Assembly (NCBI GenBank): GCA_000404785.1
Contig: ASNI01000006.1
Span: 3,037-67,036, forward strand
Reading direction: 5' to 3'
Origin: Cloacimonetes bacterium SCGC AAA252-N17
GTDB lineage: Bacteria; Cloacimonadota; Cloacimonadia; JGIOTU-2
DNA: 64,000 bases
How positions within the stretch are numbered: position 1 is the first letter of the stretch; each line of letters opens with the position of its first letter. The notes beneath the pieces are model-generated. The model saw only the letters and a program-made list of their open reading frames with translations. It was not told where the DNA came from and did no database searches. A program made the translations under genes and the position numbers. Positions 29,999 to 40,391 of this stretch are shown here, piece after piece.

Positions 29999-30792
29999 TG
30001 ATAGATGGAAAGATAGTCATTGTAACTGGGGGAGCAGGTTTATTAGGATTTGAATTTGTCAAAGCCATAGTAAATAATGGCGGGACAGCAATAATTGGAG
30101 ATATAAACGAAGATGTTGGTAAACAGCGGCTGCAGGAAATATCGCAATCATCTGGCAAAAACAAAGCAGAGTTCCTGAAATTAGATGTTACTTCTAAATC
30201 TTCCATTAATGCTATGATTGAATTCGTTAAAAACAAATATGGTAAAATCGATACCTGGGTAAATAATGCTTATGCCAAGATTAAAAGTTTTAATATTGAG
30301 AAGAAGAGAGAATATTCAAACTCTTTTTTTGACGTAGATGTAGATGATTTATGTGAGAGCGTGAGTTTAAATATTGGTTCATATTTTCTCTGTTCTCAAC
30401 TCATTGCCAAATATTTTATTGATCAGGGTTATGGAAATATTGTGAATATTTCTTCAATATATGGAGTAATCTCTCCCAGATTTGAAATATATTCCGATAC
30501 TAAAATGACTATGCCTGTTGATTATGCTTTGAATAAATCTTCAATGATCCATTTTACTCGTTATCTAGCAAAATTTTTAAGAGATAAAAACATTATAGTC
30601 AATACAATAAGTCCGGGAGGGATATTTAATAATCAACCCGTATCTTTTGTTAATGCATATAACCAATTTGCTCTAAACAAAGGTATGTTAGATAAAGATG
30701 ATATTAGCGGAACTTTAATCTTTCTTATTTCTGATTATTCAAAATTTGTGAATGGACAAAATATTATAGTTGATGATGGTTGGACATTATGA
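29998..30792 (+). CDS. SDR oxidoreductase (PtmA-like)
   Basis: VTGGAGLLG, VNNA, SSIYG, Y..NK, N.ISPGG. Confidence 0.85.
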   Translation: MIDGKIVIVTGGAGLLGFEFVKAIVNNGGTAIIGDINEDVGKQRLQEISQSSGKNKAEFLKLDVTSKSSINAMIEFVKNKYGKIDTWVNNAYAKIKSFNIEKKREYSNSFFDVDVDDLCESVSLNIGSYFLCSQLIAKYFIDQGYGNIVNISSIYGVISPRFEIYSDTKMTMPVDYALNKSSMIHFTRYLAKFLRDKNIIVNTISPGGIFNNQPVSFVNAYNQFALNKGMLDKDDISGTLIFLISDYSKFVNGQNIIVDDGWTL

Positions 30793-31841
30793 TAAGTTTT
30801 AATAAAAAGATTCAAATAGGTAACAAAGAAATTTCTAATGATTCTCCCGTGTTCATTATTGCTGAAGCTGGAGTAAACCATAATGGCGATATTCATGTTG
30901 CAAAACAACTTATTGACGTTGCTGTGGAATCTGGAGTTGATGCAGTAAAATTTCAAGCTTTCAAGACAGAAAACTTGATTTTAGCTAATGTGGAAAAAGC
31001 AGATTATCAGAAAAAAACTACAGGAAGCAGTGAATCACAATACAACATGCTGAAAAAACTGGAGATTTCTAAACAACAAACTAGAGAATTAATGGATTAT
31101 TGTATTAAGAATAGAATCCTATTCTTATCAACTCCATTCGATGAAACAAGTCTTTTGGAACTGGAATCATTGGGAATATATGCTTACAAGATTGCATCTA
31201 CCGATACAACCAACTTGCCATTTCTAAAAAAGATTGCAAAGTTAGGAAAACCAATGATTTTATCATCTGGCATGAGTTATATGTCGGAGGTAAAAATGGC
31301 TCTCGAAGAAATTTATCCATATAATAAAAATGTGATATTACTGCAATGTACTGCCAACTATCCAATAAAAAATAACGAGGCAAATTTAAATGTATTGAAG
31401 ACGTATCATAATGAACTTGATATTCTGCTGGGATATTCCGACCATTCGGAAGGTCTTGGCGCATCACCATATGCTGTACCGTTAGGAGCTAAAGTAGTTG
31501 AGAAACATTTTACTTTAGATATACAAAATGAAGGACCTGATCACCTGGCTTCACTTTCTCCACAAGAACTAAAGCTGTATGTAAAGGAAATCAGAAAGGT
31601 AGAGGAGTATCTTGGTTCAAAGATAAAAAAACCATCTTTTGAAGAAATCGAAACGAGAAGATCTCTGCAGAAATGTTTGGTTGCAGCCAGACGTATAAAA
31701 AAGGGTGAGTTGTTTAGTTTGGATAATATTGTAGCAAAAAGAACTAATGGGAATGGAATTTCTCCGATATATTATAAAAGTATTATAGGTAAACCAGCTA
31801 AATACAATATCTCTAAAAATGAGATAATCTATGAAAAATGA
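30789..31841 (+). CDS. neuB: Nonulosonic acid synthase (NeuB family)
   Basis: IIAEAGVNHNGD, AVKFQ, GYSDHSEG, EKHFTLD; C-terminal AFP-like domain. Confidence 0.95.
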   Translation: MISFNKKIQIGNKEISNDSPVFIIAEAGVNHNGDIHVAKQLIDVAVESGVDAVKFQAFKTENLILANVEKADYQKKTTGSSESQYNMLKKLEISKQQTRELMDYCIKNRILFLSTPFDETSLLELESLGIYAYKIASTDTTNLPFLKKIAKLGKPMILSSGMSYMSEVKMALEEIYPYNKNVILLQCTANYPIKNNEANLNVLKTYHNELDILLGYSDHSEGLGASPYAVPLGAKVVEKHFTLDIQNEGPDHLASLSPQELKLYVKEIRKVEEYLGSKIKKPSFEEIETRRSLQKCLVAARRIKKGELFSLDNIVAKRTNGNGISPIYYKSIIGKPAKYNISKNEIIYEK

Positions 31842-32445
31842 AATAATAATTATCGGTGCTGGTGGACATGTAACATCAGTTTTAAACTTGCTGAAGTACA
31901 CCGAATATACTGTAATTGGAATATATGACAACTCTTATCAGGAAGGAAAAAATGAATTGATCAATGCAATTCCGGTTAAAGGTAGAATTGATTCGATTCC
32001 TTCAAGATATCAGATTTTATTATCGATTGGTGATAACCATGAAAGAAGAAGACTTTTTCACAGGTTTTCAAATCAAATCTTAGCAGATAACCTTATACAT
32101 GAGCTATCATTTATAGAAGATCATATTGAGATGGGAATAGCAAATCAGATCCTAGCAAATTCGTACTTAAATGCAAATACAGTTATCGGCAATAATAATA
32201 TTATCAATTCCAGTTCAACCATAGAGCATGAAGTCAGAATTGGTTCTCATAACCATATATCAGTGAATACTACGATTTGTGGAAGAGTTACGATCGGTGA
32301 TTCATGTTTTATCGGAGCCGGTACTGTAATCATAGATAAAATAAATATTTGTAGCGATGTAACTATTGGAGCAGGATCTGTTGTTATCAGAAGTATTGAA
32401 GAACCAGGTGTATATGTTGGCAATCCATTGAGGAAAATCAAGTGA
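31831..32445 (+). CDS. NeuD/PglD-family acetyltransferase
   Basis: IIGAGGH; hexapeptide repeats; IEHE..IG..HI; YVGNP. Confidence 0.88.
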   Translation: MKNEIIIIGAGGHVTSVLNLLKYTEYTVIGIYDNSYQEGKNELINAIPVKGRIDSIPSRYQILLSIGDNHERRRLFHRFSNQILADNLIHELSFIEDHIEMGIANQILANSYLNANTVIGNNNIINSSSTIEHEVRIGSHNHISVNTTICGRVTIGDSCFIGAGTVIIDKINICSDVTIGAGSVVIRSIEEPGVYVGNPLRKIK

Positions 32446-33299
32446 TTTTTGTTTCATCATCTTGTGTTAAACATTCAAAAATTTCTCATTCTGTCAAAGA
32501 ATTAGCAGAGCATGGTTTCAAAAATATAGAACTTTCTGGTGGAACAGATTACTATAAAAATTATATTAAAGATCTAATAGATTTGAAGAAAAAGTACAAT
32601 CTTAATTATTTTATTCATAATTATTTTCCTCCACCTGAACAGCATTTTGTCTTGAACTTAGCTTCCTTAAACCAAACGATATTTGATAATACAATCAACC
32701 ATTTCAAGATATCTATAGATCTTGCCAAGAAACTGGATATTGACAGAATAGGTGTTCACGCTGGATTCTATATTGATCCAAATGTGAATGAATTAGGGCA
32801 TAATATAAGCAAGACCACAATAAACAATAGACGTAAGGCTATCGATAGATTCATAAATGGTTATTCTAGTTTGAAAAGATATGGAGATGATGTAATAATC
32901 TATGTTGAAAATAATGTGATTTCTAAAAGAAATTTTAAAACTTATAAGACAAATCCATTTATGTTAACAAATCTTGCAGATTATCATGAACTGAAAGACA
33001 GGATAGATTTTCCACTTTTATTAGACGTAGCTCATCTAAAGGTAAGTTGCAAAACTTTAGATTTAGGTTTCGAGTATGAATTGAGCGAATTGCTAGAACA
33101 TTCTGATTATATACATATTAGCGATAATAATGGTGAAAGTGACACTAATAATCCAATAGATGAAAATAGTTATATGTTGCAGTATCTAAAAACAAGTAGA
33201 TTAGACAATAAGAAAATTACTTTAGAAATTTACGATGATATTTATAAGTTAAGGAAAAGTTTTAAAATTATTGCGAATATGGAGGATTTTATTAAGTGA
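32442..33299 (+). CDS. Sugar-phosphate isomerase/epimerase-family TIM barrel (AP endonuclease 2 type)
   Basis: IELSGG, HNYFPP, YVENN, LLDVAHLK, YIHISDN, LEIY. Confidence 0.8.
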   Translation: MIFVSSSCVKHSKISHSVKELAEHGFKNIELSGGTDYYKNYIKDLIDLKKKYNLNYFIHNYFPPPEQHFVLNLASLNQTIFDNTINHFKISIDLAKKLDIDRIGVHAGFYIDPNVNELGHNISKTTINNRRKAIDRFINGYSSLKRYGDDVIIYVENNVISKRNFKTYKTNPFMLTNLADYHELKDRIDFPLLLDVAHLKVSCKTLDLGFEYELSELLEHSDYIHISDNNGESDTNNPIDENSYMLQYLKTSRLDNKKITLEIYDDIYKLRKSFKIIANMEDFIK

Positions 33300-34432
33300 C
33301 TGAAAAAAAGAATGGAGTTCTTTTTATAATTTTTTCACTAGGAAATGGTGGCACTGAAAGAATGATGATGAATGTATTGAATAAATGTGAGTTACCTCAC
33401 AATGATAAAATCCTATATTTGTATAGTTATATTGATAATAATTCTTATGAAAAATTATTAAACAGTAATATTACAATATACAAACATCCGCGAACCCAAA
33501 AAAAATATAAACATTTTGTCCAAATCAGTAAATTAATAAAAATTATTAAAAATCATAATGTAGAAACAATTGTATGTTTCTCTTCAAAATCTGCATTATT
33601 GGCTGTAATTATAAAAAAAATATTCTTCTTTAAAAAGATAAAAGTAATTTCCCGACTCGGAGCTTTTTTCTTAAAGCAATACAGCGATACGAAAAACATG
33701 ATAAAATATCACTTTTGGACTCATGTTACCCTTCATTTCTCCTATAGATATTCAGATAAAGTAATTTGTCTTACAAATGCTATGAAGAATGATTTAGTTA
33801 GTAAATCAGAAAAACTATTTGATAAAATTGTCATAATAAATAATTATATTGATACTGATAGAATTGAATTAGCACTTAAAAATCCCTTACCAGTAAAATA
33901 TCAAAACTACTTTATTGCGGTGGGAAGATTAGAGAAACAGAAAAATTATTTTGGTTTGATTGAAGCTTTTAATATAATAAAAGACGAAATTAAAGAGAAT
34001 TTATTAATTCTAGGAGACGGAGGTCACAAAACTATTTTAGAAGATTATATCAATCAAATCCAATGCTCGAATCGGATAAAATTATTAGGGTTTAAAGAAA
34101 ATCCATATAAGTACATAAGTAATGCTAATTTTTATATTCTTAATTCTTATTTTGAAGGGATGTCAAATTCATTGCTAGAGGCAATGATCTGTAAAATTCC
34201 AATTATTGTTACTAATCATCCAGGTGTAGAAGATGTGATAACTAATGAAAAAAATGGATTAATCGTACCAATGGGTGATGATGCAACTCTTGCTAAAACT
34301 ATTGTAAGATTATCAAATGACAAAGAATTACAATCAAATCTAGCTAAAGCGAGTTTTAAATCTGCAGTTAGGTTTACAAATACAATAGAGAAATATAGTG
34401 AATTAATTGATGAATTAAGAGATAACAAATGA
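33296..34432 (+). CDS. Glycosyltransferase family 4
   Basis: GGTERMM, VGRLEKQKN, SYFEGMSNSLLEAM. Confidence 0.9.
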   Translation: MTEKKNGVLFIIFSLGNGGTERMMMNVLNKCELPHNDKILYLYSYIDNNSYEKLLNSNITIYKHPRTQKKYKHFVQISKLIKIIKNHNVETIVCFSSKSALLAVIIKKIFFFKKIKVISRLGAFFLKQYSDTKNMIKYHFWTHVTLHFSYRYSDKVICLTNAMKNDLVSKSEKLFDKIVIINNYIDTDRIELALKNPLPVKYQNYFIAVGRLEKQKNYFGLIEAFNIIKDEIKENLLILGDGGHKTILEDYINQIQCSNRIKLLGFKENPYKYISNANFYILNSYFEGMSNSLLEAMICKIPIIVTNHPGVEDVITNEKNGLIVPMGDDATLAKTIVRLSNDKELQSNLAKASFKSAVRFTNTIEKYSELIDELRDNK

Positions 34433-35643
34433 AGATAGGTTTTTTTATAGTCAGCTTAAATGCTTATCATGCCCACATAAAGCCCTTTATTGATTACTTA
34501 TCAGATGCAGATTATTCTTTTGTTATTTTTCACTTAAATAATTTATATACACCAGAATTTTCTATTGATGAATTGCCATGTTCAACAGTTAGCTTGTCAA
34601 AGATGTGTAATATAAAAAAAATATTATGTTATCATTCAATAGATTTTATGGTTTTTATAAATCCAGGTAGTTTATTCGACCTCTTTTTGATTGCCTGTTG
34701 TAAACAATTGAATATTACAACTATATATTATCAGCATGGAATTCAATTAGATTTTTCTTCGTTTAATCCAAACTCTTTAAATAGAAATAAAACGTTAAAG
34801 GCTTTTCTAATAAGAATAAAAAAATACTTTTATATCTATTTTTTTATTCTTAATAATATTTTTTTTTTTAAAAGAGCAAAAAATATTTTAAAAACTGTAA
34901 CAATCAAAACATTACATTTACTAAATAAAAAAAATAAGAATGTTTTACCCAAATATGGTCTTAAATTCATGCATATAGATTATGCATTTGTATATGGAAA
35001 ATTAGATAAAAAATATTTAATTTCAAGTATGGATATGTGTAATAAAAATATAATTTTATCAGGATATCCATTTATTCAACAATCTGAAAAGCTTAAGTTT
35101 TTAAGTAGGATTAAATATATTTTATATATTTCTTCTGGATTAAGAAAAGCTGGTGTCATTCCAATTGCTGAAAAAGAAGAAAGGGAGTTTTACTTAAATA
35201 TAAATGAAATTGCATTTCAAAACAATTTCAAACTAATAATTAAAATTCATCCACAAGAAAACATAAAGTTATTTGAAAAAAATTTTGAGAATAATAAAAA
35301 CATAATTGTTTATAAACATAAAAACTTAGCTGATTTGACTATTAATTCTGAATGCGTATTAGGAGACTATTCAACAGCCTTATTTTACGCAATTAAATAT
35401 TACAAACCCATTTTGATCATTAGAAATAGATTTTTTCATACTTATCCTTTTGATTTAACTAAATATGATATAGGCAAAAAAATAGATTTAACTAATTTAG
35501 ATATAGAATTAAAAAGATTAGGTTTAACTAGATATGAGAAAAAGAAATATCAAGATTTTCTACATAATCACTTACTAAGTCCATTTAGTGAAACATTATA
35601 TAAGATTTTTTATGATCATTTAGAAAAAATAAGAAAGGCATGA
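34429..35643 (+). CDS. GT-B-fold capsule protein, candidate nonulosonate transferase
   Basis: YYQHG, SGYP, KIHPQE, DYSTALFYA motifs resemble sialyl-/glycerophosphotransferase families. Confidence 0.55.
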   Translation: MKIGFFIVSLNAYHAHIKPFIDYLSDADYSFVIFHLNNLYTPEFSIDELPCSTVSLSKMCNIKKILCYHSIDFMVFINPGSLFDLFLIACCKQLNITTIYYQHGIQLDFSSFNPNSLNRNKTLKAFLIRIKKYFYIYFFILNNIFFFKRAKNILKTVTIKTLHLLNKKNKNVLPKYGLKFMHIDYAFVYGKLDKKYLISSMDMCNKNIILSGYPFIQQSEKLKFLSRIKYILYISSGLRKAGVIPIAEKEEREFYLNINEIAFQNNFKLIIKIHPQENIKLFEKNFENNKNIIVYKHKNLADLTINSECVLGDYSTALFYAIKYYKPILIIRNRFFHTYPFDLTKYDIGKKIDLTNLDIELKRLGLTRYEKKKYQDFLHNHLLSPFSETLYKIFYDHLEKIRKA

Positions 35644-36968
35644 AAATTAGGTTAATTGAATTTGTTATGAAGCACGTATTCATTAAACTATTAGATTTAC
35701 TTATTTCTACAAATATTTTGAAATGGTATAAACTAATAGCTGAATTGCGAGGAAAAAAAACATCTGAAATTTGCGACTGGCAATTCAAAAGATTAAAATT
35801 TTTATTAAAACATGCATACAATAATACAGTCTATTATCGAAGACTATTTGACAATTTAAATTTGCAACCCAATGATATCCTTTCTTTAAATGATTTAAAT
35901 AAAATTCCACCTCTTTCAAAACAAGACATAAAAAAGAATTTTGAAAACATAAAAGCTCGAAATATAAAAAAAATTCCTCATTTTTTCAAATCTACGGGTG
36001 GTTCTACTGGAGATCCATTGCAGTACATTTTAGATAGAGATTCGTGGAGTTTTATTTTTGCTAATCGATTACAAGCATGGGAAAAAATAGGATATACTAT
36101 TGGGCAAAGATATGTTGCTTTAGGGAGCTCTTCATTGTTTCCAATAAATAAACGATCAATTAAAAATCGACTATATAATTTACTTATTGGAAGAATTCCT
36201 GTTAATGCTGTTAATTTATCAGACCAAAAATTAGAAATTATTGTAACTTTGTTACAGAAAAGAAAAATTAGATACATTTTCGGATATTCCTCAGCATTAT
36301 ATTTGCTTGCAAAATACGTTATTACTAATAATATATATCTTAAACACATAAAAGGTTGCATATCAACATCAGAGATTTTATTGGAAAATTATAGGGAAAC
36401 AATTATTCAAGCATTTAATTGTAAAATAATTGATGCTTACGGAGCTTATGATGGAGGCATTAACGCATACAAAATCTTTGATGATTTTTATAAAGTGGGT
36501 TATAATTGTTATATTGAAACAAAGAAAACAAATATTGAAAAAATAGACAATGAATTGTTAACAACAGATCTATTAAATTTTGCATTTCCGTTTATTAGAT
36601 ATAGTATAGGGGATGAAGCAATAATATCGAATAAAGGGATTAAAAATTACAAAGGTCAAACCATAACTAAGCTGATGGGACGAACACCTGATATTATTAA
36701 ACTTAGTAATGGAAACATTCTTACAGGACCTGGATTTACAATACTATTTAAAGATCTCAATGTTGATGCTTATAGGATAGTACAAAAAACTGAATTAGAA
36801 ATAACTTGTCAGATATTAGTAAATAAAAGTTTTGTAAAAAAGGAAGAAATCTTGATTTTGAATACATTAAAAAAACATGCGGGAAAGGAATGTATTATTA
36901 ATATTGAATATGTTAAAGATTTTAAGATATTAGATAGTGGTAAATTAGGGTATTTTATTTCAAATTAA
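35640..36968 (+). CDS. Phenylacetate-CoA ligase-like protein (CapK family)
   Basis: AY.NTVYYR, STGGSTGDP, TSE.L, DAYG..DGG, FPFIRYSIGD, GR. Confidence 0.85.
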   Translation: MKIRLIEFVMKHVFIKLLDLLISTNILKWYKLIAELRGKKTSEICDWQFKRLKFLLKHAYNNTVYYRRLFDNLNLQPNDILSLNDLNKIPPLSKQDIKKNFENIKARNIKKIPHFFKSTGGSTGDPLQYILDRDSWSFIFANRLQAWEKIGYTIGQRYVALGSSSLFPINKRSIKNRLYNLLIGRIPVNAVNLSDQKLEIIVTLLQKRKIRYIFGYSSALYLLAKYVITNNIYLKHIKGCISTSEILLENYRETIIQAFNCKIIDAYGAYDGGINAYKIFDDFYKVGYNCYIETKKTNIEKIDNELLTTDLLNFAFPFIRYSIGDEAIISNKGIKNYKGQTITKLMGRTPDIIKLSNGNILTGPGFTILFKDLNVDAYRIVQKTELEITCQILVNKSFVKKEEILILNTLKKHAGKECIINIEYVKDFKILDSGKLGYFISN

Positions 36969-37077
36969 ATTGAGAAAATCTTAGAATTTATCAGGAATTT
37001 TTACTTGATAAGAATCTATTTGTTAGAGTTTATTAATAGAGCCTGTCCAATTATGGAGTAGTATTTACTTAGTACCA

Positions 37078-37602
37078 ATGAAAATAATAAGCATGTTTTT
37101 ATATTACTTAATTTTTTGCAAACTTCCCAGTAGCTATTTCCCTTTTGGCAAAGTGTTTAACAATTTAAGAATATTTTTTCTCAAGAATTTTGTTAATATT
37201 GGAAAATTTAATAAAATACAAAGTAGAGTATATTTAGGTGATGGATCAGATGTGTTTATAGGTAGTAATTGTCAAATTAATGAGAATGTTAAATTGGATA
37301 ATGTTAAAATTGGAAATTACGTTATGATTTCTCCTGGGGTTACAATTTTGGGTAAATTGCATAAAACGGATAATGTAGATATCCCGATGGTAAAACAAGG
37401 TCAGTTGAAAGCAGAACAAACGATAATTGGTAATGATGTATGGATTGGTACGAATGCAATATTGATGCCTGGGATAAAAATAGGTGATGGTGTAATAGTT
37501 GCAGCTGGTGCAGTTGTTACAAAAGATTGTGAAGCTTTTTCCGTTTATGCTGGCGTTCCAGCGAAACTAATAAAGAAAAGAATACTAAATAATGAAAAAT
37601 AA
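37078..37602 (+). CDS. Hexapeptide-repeat O-acyltransferase
   Basis: IGNDVWIGTNAILMPGIKIG..VAAGAVVTKD..YAGVPA. Confidence 0.88.
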   Translation: MKIISMFLYYLIFCKLPSSYFPFGKVFNNLRIFFLKNFVNIGKFNKIQSRVYLGDGSDVFIGSNCQINENVKLDNVKIGNYVMISPGVTILGKLHKTDNVDIPMVKQGQLKAEQTIIGNDVWIGTNAILMPGIKIGDGVIVAAGAVVTKDCEAFSVYAGVPAKLIKKRILNNEK

Positions 37603-38632
37603 AATTTGGTTTGATTTAGATAATTTACCTCATGTTTCTCTTTTTCGTCCGGTTTTCGAGGAATTAGAAACACGAAATATTAAATATCTCGTAACAGCAA
37701 GGGATTTTAATCATACATTGGAACAACTTAAGTATTGGAATATTAATCATACTGCTATTGGCTGTCATGGAGGAAAGAATAAGTTTAAAAAGATATTAAA
37801 CTTGTTTGAAAGGTCATATCACTTAAAAAGGTATATCAAAAGTTTTGATAATATTAGTTTAGCTGTAAGCCACGGATCAAGAACACAATTAATTGCAGCT
37901 AAACTAATGGGAATTAATTCTATTGTTATGATGGATTATGAATATACTGAAACAAAAATATTTAATTATTTATCAACGTATATGCTTATTCCAAAATTTA
38001 TTCCAAAACATAGACTTTCTTCGGTTGGTATTAATCTTAAGAAAGTAATTAGATATAATGGTTTTAAAGAGCAAATATATTTAAATAATTTTAAGCCGGA
38101 TAAAAATTTTAGAGATCAAATTAATATTTCAGATGAAGCAATATTAGTTGTTATAAGACCGCCTGCTTTAGCAGGTAATTATCATGATCCTAAAAGTGAA
38201 GAATTGTTGATTAGTGGATTGAATTATTTTTCAAATATTGAAAATACTATTTGTTTAATTTTAAGTCGTACTTCTGAGGATAAAGATTTCATTTTATCCC
38301 AAATTGCTACTAGTAATAAAATTAGATTCTTGGACAAACAGGTTGATGGACTCCAACTTCTTTATTCAGCTGATATTACTGTAAGCGGTGGTGGAACCAT
38401 GAATAGAGAGTCAGCGCTTTTAGGAACAGAATCTTACAGTATATTTACTGGCAGAAGACCGTATTTGGATGAATATCTTGAAAAGCAAGGGAAATTAACA
38501 TTTATCAATAAACCCGATGATTTTTATAATATTCATATAAAAAGAGATGGGGGAAAGAAATTTTTCAAAAATAGCATTCAATTAAATTTAACCAAAGAAA
38601 TTGTTGATATAATTATAGAGAGAATGGATTAA
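37592..38632 (+). CDS. DUF354-family protein (GT-B/epimerase-like fold)
   Basis: IWFDL.N.PHV.LF, TARD, SHGS, DYEY, GGTMNRE.ALLG. Confidence 0.8.
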   Translation: MKNKIWFDLDNLPHVSLFRPVFEELETRNIKYLVTARDFNHTLEQLKYWNINHTAIGCHGGKNKFKKILNLFERSYHLKRYIKSFDNISLAVSHGSRTQLIAAKLMGINSIVMMDYEYTETKIFNYLSTYMLIPKFIPKHRLSSVGINLKKVIRYNGFKEQIYLNNFKPDKNFRDQINISDEAILVVIRPPALAGNYHDPKSEELLISGLNYFSNIENTICLILSRTSEDKDFILSQIATSNKIRFLDKQVDGLQLLYSADITVSGGGTMNRESALLGTESYSIFTGRRPYLDEYLEKQGKLTFINKPDDFYNIHIKRDGGKKFFKNSIQLNLTKEIVDIIIERMD

Positions 38633-40051
38633 ATGAAACTACCACTCCACAAATCTCTCCTTTTCATCCATGATATAATAATTATAATTGCTGGGATAAT
38701 TATTTCTAATTATTTCTATTTCCATCATAGATTATTAAATTATAGTGAGATCTCTTATGGGCATTTATGGGGATATGTTATATTATTTTTTACTATTATG
38801 GTATTTTTACAGGGGAATCATCTTTATCAATATCAAATCATTCTTGACCGTTCACGCCATACCCTTGCTCTGCTCAAGTCACTTTTTACAAGTTTGATTG
38901 TCTTAGTATTTATGTCCTTTATATTGAAGATAACTGAAATTACTATGAGCAGAATTCTTTTAGGGATAACATTTACAATCCTGTTTATATTATTTTTCAT
39001 TAGCCGAGTTATAATTGTTCCACAAATTTACTATTTGCTGGTAAAAACTAAAAAAATAAATCGCAACTTACTTATTATTGGTGCAGGTGAATTAAGCATA
39101 AAAAAGGCACGATATCTGAAGGTAGATAAAAGATCTTATTATAATATTTGTGGATTTCTCGATGATGATGAATCCAAACAAGGGAATTCTTTTATAGATA
39201 TTCCTGTTTGGGGAAATACAAAGGATTTGAAAAAAATTGTTGATTTAAATAAAATTAAAGAAATTCTTATTTCTATAAATAATATTTGCTATGAAAGGTT
39301 ACAAGCAATTATTGATTTGTGCAAAGAAACGCAATGTACAACTCATATAATATCCGAATTATATAATATTGTATCTGAAAAATTAGAAATTGAGGAAATC
39401 GCCGGTATTTCTGCGTTTAGGTTGCAACCATATAATCAGAAATCTGGCTATGAGATTATTAAAAGAATTGTTGATGTTGTAATTACCGTTTTGCTAATTA
39501 TAGTTTTGTCTCCTATTTGGATTGTAATTGCATTTTTTATAAAGATTTCCTCAAGAGGACCTGTTTTTTATAAGGCAAGAGTAATTGGAAAAGATGGTAA
39601 AGAATTTGATATGTTTAAATTCCGTTCAATGTATCATAATTGTAATCCAAAACCTCACAAAGACAAAGTTAAAGAAATGATTAATGGGAATGGAAATACA
39701 AAAAAATTAAGAGGAGATTCGAGAATTACACCCATCGGTAAATTCCTTAGGAAATACTCTATTGATGAATTTACACAATTATGGAATGTTTTAAAAGGAG
39801 ATATGAGTTTAGTTGGTCCTCGTCCTAATGTAAGATATGAATATGATTTAATGGAAAATTGGCAAAAGAAGAGACAAACTGTTTTACCGGGCATGACCGG
39901 TTTATGGCAGGTAAGAGGTAGAGATGAAGTTACATTTAATGACCAGGTTATCTTGGATTTGTATTATATTGAAAATAGGTCGTTAAAACTTGACTTGGAA
40001 ATACTACTTAAGACCATTCCTGCAGTAATTTTTGGGAAGGGAGGAGTATGA
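38633..40051 (+). CDS. Initiating polyprenyl-phosphate sugar-1-phosphate transferase (WcaJ/WbaP family)
   Basis: N-terminal TMs, CoA-binding-like domain, FKFRSM, SIDEF.QL.NV..GDMSLVGPRP, PGMTGLWQV. Confidence 0.92.
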   Translation: MKLPLHKSLLFIHDIIIIIAGIIISNYFYFHHRLLNYSEISYGHLWGYVILFFTIMVFLQGNHLYQYQIILDRSRHTLALLKSLFTSLIVLVFMSFILKITEITMSRILLGITFTILFILFFISRVIIVPQIYYLLVKTKKINRNLLIIGAGELSIKKARYLKVDKRSYYNICGFLDDDESKQGNSFIDIPVWGNTKDLKKIVDLNKIKEILISINNICYERLQAIIDLCKETQCTTHIISELYNIVSEKLEIEEIAGISAFRLQPYNQKSGYEIIKRIVDVVITVLLIIVLSPIWIVIAFFIKISSRGPVFYKARVIGKDGKEFDMFKFRSMYHNCNPKPHKDKVKEMINGNGNTKKLRGDSRITPIGKFLRKYSIDEFTQLWNVLKGDMSLVGPRPNVRYEYDLMENWQKKRQTVLPGMTGLWQVRGRDEVTFNDQVILDLYYIENRSLKLDLEILLKTIPAVIFGKGGV

Positions 40052-40097
40052 GAGATATTGTTGTTTTAGAATTTATAAAAAAACTTAGGAGTACATT

Positions 40098-40391
40098 ATG
40101 TCCAAAGAATTAATTATTCAGATCGTTATTAAGTGTGTTGATGAATATTTTGATTCTCAAGATATTTCAGAATCTGCCAGTAAAAATACTGTGCTATTTG
40201 GAAACAAATCAATGCTCGATTCGATTGGTTTGGTAAGTGTTATTGTTGATATTGAATCAAAATTTTCAGATGATGATATTGAAATATCTCTAACTTCTGA
40301 AAAAGCAATGTCTCGCCGAAATAGCCCTTTCAGAACCATTTCAACTTTAGCTGAATTTATTAAAGAACAAATTGAGGGGAATGATGAATAA
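40098..40391 (+). CDS. Acyl carrier protein
   Basis: LFG..LDSIGLV phosphopantetheine motif; acidic, 97 aa. Confidence 0.8.
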   Translation: MSKELIIQIVIKCVDEYFDSQDISESASKNTVLFGNKSMLDSIGLVSVIVDIESKFSDDDIEISLTSEKAMSRRNSPFRTISTLAEFIKEQIEGNDE

